Position numbers and translations under genes: made by a program. Shown one piece after another: positions 5,701 through 11,251 of a DNA stretch of 11,251 nucleotides. Every line of letters begins with the position of its first letter. The first letter of the stretch is position 1. This stretch comes from Candidatus Auribacterota bacterium (lineage in GTDB: Bacteria > Auribacterota > UBA6266): positions 1 through 11,251 of the forward strand of contig JAGLRQ010000012.1 of assembly GCA_023136205.1 (NCBI GenBank), written 5' to 3'. The notes beneath the pieces are model-generated. The model did no database searches. It was not told where the DNA came from and saw nothing but the letters and a program-made list of their open reading frames with translations.

Positions 5701-8700
5701 CTACCGCGTCGACGGCTTATAATTCCATTGATTCGACAGGTAATACCAACTGGACATTCCTGCGTGTTGATCCCTACGGTGTAGTTTTTGATTCTGTAAG
5801 CGATAGTCCGATTCAGGGAGCGGTAGTTACCATATATACTTCGGCGGGAGTAGAGTGTACATCCGGTATTGAGATAGATGCCGCGGACACTAATCCCCAG
5901 ACAACCGGAGTTGACGGAGCGTACTCATACAATTGTATAAACGGCGATTATTACATTACAATAACTGCTAATGGATATGCATATCCGACCGCTAAAACAG
6001 ATGCGGAACTTCCTTTCGCGCGAACCATAGTTACCCCGGGTTCCAGGGGAGAAGAATTTACTGTAGCCGGCGTAGTAATAGAGATGGACCATCCGATGGA
6101 TCCTGGAGTTAACCTGCTCACGATAAAAAAGGACGCGAACAAAGAGGAAGCAGCTATTGGTGACATTGTAACTTATACGGTTTCGATAGAAAATGCCACC
6201 GCGAGTGATATCAGCAATGTATATATAGAAGACAAGATTCCACCCGGCTTTAAATATATAGATGGTAAAACGATTTTGGATGGTCAACGCATATCCGATC
6301 CTACGGGTAACAGGCCGCTTACATTTAATATTGACACAGTAGAATCGGGCCAGGCCCGGGCCCTAAAATATCAACTGGTTGTAGGTACCGGAGTAACAAC
6401 CGGTTATTATAAAAATGAAGCGTTCGCGAAATCGGGTGCAAATTCCGTGATCATATCCAATATTGCAACAGAAACAGTTAAGGTCGTTTTTGACCCGCTT
6501 TTTGATTTAGCTGTTGTTATTGGCAAAGTATTCTGGGATCACAATGAGAATGGCAGACAAGATTCGTCGTCCCCCTACGCCCTTCGGGCTTCAAAGGACA
6601 GGCAGTCTACAGTCCACAGTCCACGGACAACAGAGTCAGGGATTGCTAATGTACAGATTGTAATGGAAGACGGTACAATTGTAACTACGGGTAAAGACGG
6701 CAAGTATCACCTGCAGGCCATAATTCCCGGAAGACATCTTTTTAGATTAAATGAAAAAACTCTTCCTGACGGAGCTTATTTAACTACGGATAAAGTTGTT
6801 ATAGCGGATATTACTCCCGGGCTCCTTACCAAGGTAAACTTTGGGGTAACATGTTCTACCCTGATGGACACAGGTGAGTCGCAAGCTATGAGCAGGGCTA
6901 AAGCGCCTTTTGTAGTTGCTCAGGAAAGGTCGAGACCTCTTCCCCGTCTTAATGTTGCCGGTAGACTAAAAATAGAAACCGGTAAATTGAAGGGTGAATA
7001 TGAATTCAGGATTTTTACCAATTATAACTTATTTATAAAGAAATGGACGCTGGAAATACTGGATAAAGATACAAAATGGGTTGTAAAAACATTTAGAGGT
7101 ACAAAAGATAATATTTTTGGCCCTATTTATTGGGATGGTATGACGGATGATAAAGAGTTAATAGTGGATGATCCCGAAAGGACAGGTAAAAATTATGTTT
7201 ACAGGTTAAGAGTAACGGGAGCCGCGAACAAGGAAGATGAAACGTTGGAAAAGGAATTTGACCTCTCAACCAAATATGAAGAATGGTTAGAAAAAGAGAG
7301 CAGGACGAATAATTTAGAAAAACAGACAATTAAAATAAAAGGAGAAACAATAAAAATCCATGGCCTGGAATCTTCAGACAGTATCCGGGTTATGAAATCA
7401 GGCGAGGTTCAGGCTGAGATACCGGTTACAGGAAGCGAAGGATTGGCGGCGAAAGATCTGCTGGAAGGATTTGCGTATGATAAACCTCCGCAGGTTGAGA
7501 TAATTTTACCTGACGGCCGGTATGATATAAAACTTAAATCTGAGAGAGATCAAAATATTGAAGGAAGTATTATAGAACCAAAAACATCAGCGGAAGGCTC
7601 GTCTGTTCCACCTGAAAGTTACTCACAACACATTAAGGTTGGAGATGATTATTTGTTCTTTGTAGGTATGGGGGATGCTAAGGCAGGTTATACTTTTAAC
7701 AGCGGAAACATTGAACCGGTATCGCACGATGATAAATTTAAAGAAGGATTCTGGTATGAAGGTAAATTAGCTTATTATTTAAAAGGGAAAGTTCTTGGTA
7801 AGTTCCTTATTACGTCGAGCCTGGATACCGAAAGACATAAGAAAGAACTATTCAGGAATCTGGATCCAAACAAATACTATCCTATTTACGGAGATAGTTC
7901 ATCGGCTGACTATAAAGCTGCGGATACCCAGGGGACATTATATCTTTTAATTGAATGGGATAAATCCTCGGTTATATGGGGTAACTACAATACAGCTTTT
8001 ACTGATACGGAGTTTGCTCAATTCAGCCGGACACTTTACGGTGGCAAAGTCCATCTTGAGACGACGTCTGCCACGCAATTTGGTGAACCTCATACAAAAT
8101 TAGTTGTTTTTTATGCTGAAGCCAAACAGAAGTCCGCGCATAACGAGTTTACAGGTACGGGAGGATCGCTTTATTACCTTAAAAACAAGGATGTTATTGA
8201 AGGTTCTCAGAAGGTTGAGATAGAAGTCAGAGATAAGATTACCGGCCTTGTTTTAGCTTCAGAGAAAATGAGAGAAGGTTCTGACTATGAGATAGATTAT
8301 GAGAATGGCCGAATTATTTTCTGGCAGCCGTTAAGTTACATAACTGAATCGAATTCAATAATATCTACCCACCTTCTGGATGGCAACCATGTTTATGTAG
8401 TTGTAGATTATGAATATGAAGTGAAAGATTATACTGATCAGACATCTGTTGGTGCTCGGGCTGAAGCTGCACTGGGTGACTATTTAAGTGTGGGTGGGAC
8501 CTATGTTAAAGAAGAGCTGATGGAAGAAAATTATGAATTAAGGGGAGTGGATGCAACGCTGCATTTAGGCAAGGATATAAAGTTAACCGCAGAATATGCC
8601 GAGACTAAAGCGGAGGCAGAGAGGAGTTTCATTTCCACAGACGGCGGGTTAAACTTTATCGAGCTTGCTACAAAAGAAGATACCAGAGGTGAAGCTTACG

Positions 8701-10844
8701 GGTTAAAAGGGGAAGCCCATTTGTTTGATAACAGACTTGGCCTGACCGGTTATTATAAACGGATAGATGATAATTTTTCGACTTCGGCTACAAGCTCGCA
8801 GCAAGGCAAAGAACTTATTGGCTTTGGTTTTGCATATGATATTTTTAAGAGGACAAGGTTAATCCTATCACATGACATCCAGAAATTAATTGATGGCGGT
8901 AATCTTCAGGCCCGGCTCCAGGTTGGCGCAAAGAAGACTGAAACAACCTTGGCTCAGGTTGTTCATGATATGGATAGACTGAAACTAACCGGTGAATACC
9001 GCCATCAGGCGGTAACCGAGCGCAAGAATGAGTTTGACTCTGAAACTAATACTAAAGGCGATATTGTTGCTATAAGAGCGGATTATGAATTGACTGAAAA
9101 AGTAGATGTGTCGTTAGAACAGCAGGCAGCGCTTAAAGGGGAGGCTAATTATCAGACTACAGCTGGTGTTAAAGCGAGGATGTTTGACTGGTTATCTTTG
9201 CGCGGCAAAGGGACTGTTGGCAATGATGGTATTTCCTCGAGTATTGGAGCAACGACTGATGTAAATGACAAGATAAAAATTTCCGGTGATTATACGAGAG
9301 CTGATTATGCGGCAGGAGAAAGCAGTGACTCTGTATCTTTAGGCGCGAGCGCAAAGACGGATGATAAAACTGAAATTCACACTACTTATGCTGTAACTGA
9401 TTCTACTATTGACGGTGAAACCTCATCCCTTACTTTTGGCTCGAAGAAAGAAATGGGGAATGGAATAGAGTTAGTCACAGACAAAACGGTTGCTGTTTCC
9501 GGGGACAAAAAGAGTTATGGTACAGATGTTGGATTGGCAAGAGAAAAAGACGGTAAGAGGTTAGAAGCTACTTTTGGAGAACAATATTCTGAGAGTTCTA
9601 CGGAAATATCCAATTCAAATATCTTCGGTTTGTCAGGCGCCATTAATAATAGATGGGCTGCTGCAACAACTTTTGAACGCGGTATTATCCAGAACCATGA
9701 TGGAACCGAGACGATGAGAAATGCCGGTACTTTAAGATTGGGTTTTGTTGATAAAGATGAAAAAACCGGTGAACTAAAACTTAAAGCATCAACTAAAATA
9801 GAGCTTCGTTTTGACAGAGGGGATGTAAGCAAGAGACAGTATCTTTCATATAGTGCCCTTGAGAGAAAACTTCATCGTGATACAACACTTTTTGCCAAGG
9901 CAAATTTATCCCAGACTAAAGATGTTGCCGCGGATTCGGTTGAAGCACAGTATAAAGAACTGGTGTTTGGAACAGCTTACAGGCCTGCCCAATTTGACTG
10001 GCTTAATCTATTAACTAAATATTCCTATTTAGAAAATGATGCGGCTATTTCACAGGAAGATATTGACGGGATTGAAAAAGAAAGGGCTCATATATTGGCA
10101 GGGGAGGCTGTTATTGATTTAACTCCAAGGTTGCGGTTAACAGAAAAACTTGCTTACAGAATGGGGGAAGAAAGAGTAGCCGGGTTTGATTTTACAAAAG
10201 CCTCAACATGGCTCTGGATAAACAGGCTTGGTTACAACATAGGTGATGGCTGGCAGTTAGCAGGTGAATATAGGATTTTAGGCCAGAAAGAAGCAAAAGA
10301 TCAGAAACATGGTGCTTTGATTGAAATAAACAAAGACATAGGGGATTTTGTCCAAGTTGGTGTTGGATATAACTTTACGGATTTTAACGATGATTTAACA
10401 CACCTTGATTATACTGCCCATGGCCCTTTTGTCAGAATAACAGGTAAACTCTATGAACGTACAAACGAAGAGGTAGAACGCGCTGAACAGAAAAAACTAA
10501 GGCGGAAAATACATCGGTGGACACTGGCGCTGGTTTACGATGTACTGGCAAAGCCCGGCAGTGAAGTTATGAAGGAATTGAATAATTGTTTTTCTTTAGC
10601 CCGTGCCGCGCAAGAGAGCGGGAGATTGGAAGAAGCGAAGAAATATTATAAAAAAATATTATATACTCACGAAATGATATATGATAAAACGGTTAACTAT
10701 ATAACAAAGTGTATTAAGTTAGATGAAAATCTCAGAAGTTATAATAAACTTGTTTCAGAACTTTACAATGAGGGCGGGTTGGCAAAAGTAAAAGAATTGT
10801 GGGCCAGAATAATTACAGAATCCAGGTGGGAGGGAAAAGAATGA
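2730..10844 (+). CDS. Giant secreted surface/outer-membrane mosaic protein (2704 codons from ATG 2730; 2683 from ATG 2793)
   Basis: Uninterrupted 8115-nt ORF carrying several recognisable domain motifs, listed as sub-features below. Start is ambiguous. ATG 2730 has aagg 8 nt upstream. ATG 2793 begins a textbook signal peptide (MGKYPIFLFFIWVFLLVLPANVYA/DL). The stop overlaps the next gene's ATG (ATGA, 10841-10844). Confidence 0.9.
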   Translation: MFNYCFNDTITAVKKRCSNGKMGKYPIFLFFIWVFLLVLPANVYADLHTWDGDAAPDNNFSTAANWVGDVAPVADDDVTFNAGAVNCTLDAFDLDQGDFTVTAGYSGTFSSSGTFLCDAVTLDLTNAAWSISNEFYPGRTDNGALTITAGTFTTSNAMQCNGDIALSGTGTINQSASYTAMIGTASKTITNTGGGTITFHKFMESSDTNHGQADPHPDAKTTINADITVNNWCDINGWAVAGDGQLILAANKTITVANSGFNNQGSFSANSGSLVKVDDHIYLNSSHAWEFSNSGTFEWTGSATKQLRGNSDNSLNHFNDFTMSGLAELQAYWEGGAIIIDGNYLQSNGTFLVDYSGFTISGTTTITDGILRFLKNGTLTGSVIIGSPGGTGELELKASSENLTLTIDTSITTTNSGFIDVDWTDGVNTATIDGVNGDETISGNDFDIGTNGQVLYLSDIDCQISTVTLGSNEHIRLSGDCTFDAITLNGDANTEFTTNDNKAACSGGTLTVTSGVVTISDGGEIDAAGQNVSTAANGAITLVGNSTLKAVNITNAGTINLDHNSNVIDITGNIDNDNAIDVAGTSANIYLEGNWDNTGGAFTCGSSTVTFDGTAAGQTLTSDTETYNIITVSNSHADGVIFADAFTTETFNDTTGNSKLTFNAGDTYTITGAAGLNLDGGAAGSEITIISDSAGTQFIFNVTGGSQTVTYVNVKDSAASTNNITANISINSGGNDDGDPDPHWVFGNVTRYWVAAGNSDWDTNANWSSFSGGGGGADYPTAGDTAVFDNGSDFNCTLDAVVSIAVLNVQSGYDGIISCGTDNFTTSGNMTLSDGIYTVGANITRVDGTLTVSGGTGTFTSGAIDANGAVSITGGELIAPSGDFNVAANWSHAGGIFTHSDGTVIFDTAAVSTIANDTTFYDLSCTTAGKTINVTAGTTQTVDNTLTVDGQDSATKITLHSTADNNSYILDFPAGSQTIIYVDLKDCTAGTTASTAYNSIDSTGNTNWTFLRVDPYGVVFDSVSDSPIQGAVVTIYTSAGVECTSGIEIDAADTNPQTTGVDGAYSYNCINGDYYITITANGYAYPTAKTDAELPFARTIVTPGSRGEEFTVAGVVIEMDHPMDPGVNLLTIKKDANKEEAAIGDIVTYTVSIENATASDISNVYIEDKIPPGFKYIDGKTILDGQRISDPTGNRPLTFNIDTVESGQARALKYQLVVGTGVTTGYYKNEAFAKSGANSVIISNIATETVKVVFDPLFDLAVVIGKVFWDHNENGRQDSSSPYALRASKDRQSTVHSPRTTESGIANVQIVMEDGTIVTTGKDGKYHLQAIIPGRHLFRLNEKTLPDGAYLTTDKVVIADITPGLLTKVNFGVTCSTLMDTGESQAMSRAKAPFVVAQERSRPLPRLNVAGRLKIETGKLKGEYEFRIFTNYNLFIKKWTLEILDKDTKWVVKTFRGTKDNIFGPIYWDGMTDDKELIVDDPERTGKNYVYRLRVTGAANKEDETLEKEFDLSTKYEEWLEKESRTNNLEKQTIKIKGETIKIHGLESSDSIRVMKSGEVQAEIPVTGSEGLAAKDLLEGFAYDKPPQVEIILPDGRYDIKLKSERDQNIEGSIIEPKTSAEGSSVPPESYSQHIKVGDDYLFFVGMGDAKAGYTFNSGNIEPVSHDDKFKEGFWYEGKLAYYLKGKVLGKFLITSSLDTERHKKELFRNLDPNKYYPIYGDSSSADYKAADTQGTLYLLIEWDKSSVIWGNYNTAFTDTEFAQFSRTLYGGKVHLETTSATQFGEPHTKLVVFYAEAKQKSAHNEFTGTGGSLYYLKNKDVIEGSQKVEIEVRDKITGLVLASEKMREGSDYEIDYENGRIIFWQPLSYITESNSIISTHLLDGNHVYVVVDYEYEVKDYTDQTSVGARAEAALGDYLSVGGTYVKEELMEENYELRGVDATLHLGKDIKLTAEYAETKAEAERSFISTDGGLNFIELATKEDTRGEAYGLKGEAHLFDNRLGLTGYYKRIDDNFSTSATSSQQGKELIGFGFAYDIFKRTRLILSHDIQKLIDGGNLQARLQVGAKKTETTLAQVVHDMDRLKLTGEYRHQAVTERKNEFDSETNTKGDIVAIRADYELTEKVDVSLEQQAALKGEANYQTTAGVKARMFDWLSLRGKGTVGNDGISSSIGATTDVNDKIKISGDYTRADYAAGESSDSVSLGASAKTDDKTEIHTTYAVTDSTIDGETSSLTFGSKKEMGNGIELVTDKTVAVSGDKKSYGTDVGLAREKDGKRLEATFGEQYSESSTEISNSNIFGLSGAINNRWAAATTFERGIIQNHDGTETMRNAGTLRLGFVDKDEKTGELKLKASTKIELRFDRGDVSKRQYLSYSALERKLHRDTTLFAKANLSQTKDVAADSVEAQYKELVFGTAYRPAQFDWLNLLTKYSYLENDAAISQEDIDGIEKERAHILAGEAVIDLTPRLRLTEKLAYRMGEERVAGFDFTKASTWLWINRLGYNIGDGWQLAGEYRILGQKEAKDQKHGALIEINKDIGDFVQVGVGYNFTDFNDDLTHLDYTAHGPFVRITGKLYERTNEEVERAEQKKLRRKIHRWTLALVYDVLAKPGSEVMKELNNCFSLARAAQESGRLEEAKKYYKKILYTHEMIYDKTVNYITKCIKLDENLRSYNKLVSELYNEGGLAKVKELWARIITESRWEGKE
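2793..2864 (+). other. Sec-type signal peptide of the giant protein (residues 22-45 of the ORF)
   Basis: MGK n-region, YPIFLFFIWVFLLVLP hydrophobic core, ANVYA c-region with an A-x-A-like cleavage site before DLHTWDG. Confidence 0.75.
2871..4967 (+). other. Passenger module A: Gly/Thr/Asn/Asp-rich beta-helix-like region with conserved head and cap motifs
   Basis: Head: HTWDGDAAPDNNFSTAANWVGDVAPVADDDVTFNAGAVNCTLDA. This is followed by long runs of short T/G/N/S/D-rich beta-strand-like segments. Cap (residues 594-746): NWDNTGGAFTCGSSTVTFDG...GSQTVTYVNVKDSAAS...NSGGNDDGDPDPHWVF. Confidence 0.6.
4980..5759 (+). repeat. Passenger module B: shorter diverged duplicate of module A (protein-level repeat)
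   Basis: Head RYWVAAGNSDWDTNANW...YPTAGDTAVFDNGSDFNCTLDA parallels the module A head. Cap NWSHAGGIFTHSDGTVIFD...GSQTIIYVDLKDCTAG...IDSTGNTNWTF parallels the module A cap. DNA at 4839-4889 versus 5649-5699 is roughly 70 percent identical by eye. Confidence 0.65.
5766..5984 (+). other. Carboxypeptidase-regulatory-like / Cna-B-like beta-sandwich domain
   Basis: VDPYGVVFDSVSDSPIQGAVVTIYT...TTGVDGAYSYNCINGDYYITITANGYAY fits the D-P-x-G-V-V-x-D...P-I-x-G-A-x-V-T-L...G-x-Y...G-x-Y-x-h-x-h...G-Y pattern of this fold. Confidence 0.6.
6108..6479 (+). other. DUF11 ('conserved repeat domain') surface-protein domain
   Basis: LLTIKKDANKEEAAIGDIVTYTVSIENATASDISNVYIEDKIPPGFKYIDGKTILDG fits the DUF11 pattern K-x(n)-G-D-x-V-x-Y-T-h-x-V-x-N-x-G...V-x-h-x-D-x-h-P-x-G. 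It is preceded by the typical MDHPMDP linker. Confidence 0.7.
6513..6848 (+). other. SdrD-B-like / Cna-B-type domain, interrupted by an insertion
   Basis: VIGKVFWDHNENGRQDS[22 aa]ESGIANVQIVMEDGTIVTTGKDGKYHLQAIIPGRHLFRLNEKTLPDG. Outside the brackets this matches the IGKVF-x-D-x-N-x-NG-x-QD-x-GE-x-GI-x-GV...EDG...TD-x-x-G-x-Y...PG-x-H...TLP-x-G pattern. Confidence 0.65.
6567..6632 (+). repeat. 66-nt GC-rich in-frame insertion (SSPYALRASKDRQSTVHSPRTT) containing three tandem 7-nt units
   Basis: About 59 percent GC by hand count, in visibly AT-richer surroundings. Contains ctacgcc, a gccc-ttc-gggc hairpin (6579-6589), and cagtcta/cagtcca/cagtcca (6603-6623). It sits exactly where the family motif expects only x-G between QD and E-x-GI. 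Confidence 0.6.
6990..7244 (+). other. FlgD-Ig-like beta-sandwich domain (tentative)
   Basis: YEFRIFTNYNLFIKKWTLEILDKDTKWVVKTFRGTKDNIFGPIYWDGMTDDKELIVDDPERTGKNYVYRLRVTG fits the W-x-L-x-I-x-D...V-x-x-F-x-G...I-x-WDG-x-x-D...G-x-Y-x-Y-x-L-x-V pattern seen in FlgD-Ig-type modules of surface proteins. Confidence 0.4.
8442..10454 (+). other. Array of about 18 beta-hairpin units: predicted very large outer-membrane beta-barrel (possibly starting as early as nt 7635)
   Basis: Amphipathic strand pairs are joined by short turns recurring every 27-53 residues. Turns seen: LGDYLSVGG, LGKDIKLTA, FDNRLGLTG, FKRTRLILS, MDRLKLTG, LTEKVDVSL, MFDWLSLRG, VNDKIKISG, TDDKTEIHT, GNGIELVT, DGKRLEAT, INNRWAAAT, TGELKLKA, LHRDTTLFA, QFDWLNLLT, LTPRLRLTE, IGDGWQLAG, IGDFVQVGV. 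The array ends with a beta-signal-like strand, GVGYNFTDF...GPFVRITGKLY. Confidence 0.55.
10455..10841 (+). other. 129-aa charged alpha-helical C-terminal extension with a TPR-like motif
   Basis: ERTNEEVERAEQKKLRRKIHRW...ELNNCFSLARAAQESGRLEEAKKYYKKILYTHEM...LAKVKELWARIITESRWEGKE. There is no beta-strand alternation. One motif of about 34 aa is TPR-like (about nt 10566-10667). Confidence 0.5.
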
Positions 10845-11251
10845 AACAGATTATAAGGTTTTTGAGAAAAACTATTATACCGACTATAGTAGTGGTTGCC
10901 CTTTTTGGTTGCGTTCCTTTAAATTATGCTCAGGAAGATTTGAATAAAGATGATATATCCTTTGGAAAAACTAAAACCCGAAATTATACCCTGAATCTAA
11001 AGCAGCTTATAAAGGAGACAGAAAAAAATATAAAGAAGGTTGAAAATGAGATAGAAGAAGGGAAAATTAACGACCGCAATCGGAAAAGAGAAGATGAAGT
11101 CAAAAAACATTTTGAAAAAGGAAATATTCTTCATAAGGAAGGTAAATTAAAGGAAGCAAAAAAAGAGTGGCAGAAAGCATTAAAAATTAGCAAAGACCCT
11201 GAAATGAAAGGTTATATAAAGGAAAGTGCAAAAAGGGCGAAGAAGGAAGAG
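10841..11251 (+). CDS. TPR-like lipoprotein, 5' part only (137 codons, runs off the window)
   Basis: Absent from the supplied track because it has no stop in the window. I translated it by hand. ATG 10841 is preceded by GGAGG (10829-10833, 7-nt spacing). MKQIIRFLRKTIIPTIVVVALFGC has a lipobox-like LFGC with Cys24. It continues without stops through a Lys/Glu-rich helical region carrying the TPR-like motif VKKHFEKGNILHKEGKLKEAKKEWQKALKISKDP (nt 11099-11200). Confidence 0.75.
   Translation, partial: MKQIIRFLRKTIIPTIVVVALFGCVPLNYAQEDLNKDDISFGKTKTRNYTLNLKQLIKETEKNIKKVENEIEEGKINDRNRKREDEVKKHFEKGNILHKEGKLKEAKKEWQKALKISKDPEMKGYIKESAKRAKKEE

Noticed and set aside
3791-9832. Ten minus-strand ORFs of 61-125 aa scattered inside the giant gene
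   Set aside because: All are embedded antisense in one continuous 8.1-kb ORF with recognisable domains. Long antisense ORFs are expected in Gly/Thr/Ala/Asp-rich coding sequence.
7635-10844. Classical type Va autotransporter or TonB-dependent receptor (Oar-like) assignment
   Set aside because: The beta-rich region is several times longer than a 12-strand autotransporter domain and is not C-terminal. No TonB box or plug motifs are recognisable after the CarboxypepD_reg-like domain. The family is left open pending HMM searches.

Overview
AT-rich bacterial window with every supported gene on the + strand. Motif-level reads point to a diderm anaerobe carrying a Wood-Ljungdahl-type gene. Gene order is as follows. 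(1) A complete AcsE-type methyl-H4folate:corrinoid methyltransferase (9-800). (2) A 130-nt intergenic region packed with short repeats (801-930). (3) A small protein with a RACo/AcsV-like N-terminal [2Fe-2S] ferredoxin domain, but with hydrophobic helices where the ATPase body would be (931-1557). (4) RNase III (1554-2249), joined to the previous gene by an ATGA overlap. (5) A probable small lipoprotein gene overlapping the rnc 3' end (2215-2478). (6) A roughly 250-310 nt AT-rich leader with a near-consensus sigma70-type promoter. (7) One 8.1-kb ORF (2730-10844, 2704 codons) that fills most of the window. (8) A partial gene for a TPR-like lipoprotein (10841 to window end), again joined by an ATGA overlap. 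The giant ORF is the main point of interest. It has a signal peptide, two copies of a beta-helix-like passenger module, a CarboxypepD_reg-like domain, a DUF11 domain, an SdrD-B-like domain and an FlgD-Ig-like domain. These are followed by about 18 regularly spaced beta-hairpin units, consistent with a very large (about 36-strand) outer-membrane barrel, and then a 129-aa helical TPR-like tail. I did not recognise this combination as any characterised secretion or adhesin family, though that rests on memory and not on a search. A second observation is a 66-nt GC-rich in-frame insertion (6567-6632) that splits a conserved motif of the SdrD-B-like domain. Its parts (7-nt tandem repeats, a CTACG motif, a short GC hairpin) loosely mirror the repeat cluster at 801-930. 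No rRNA, tRNA, CRISPR array, transposase or integrase is visible. All domain calls are motif recognition by eye and from memory; no searches were run.
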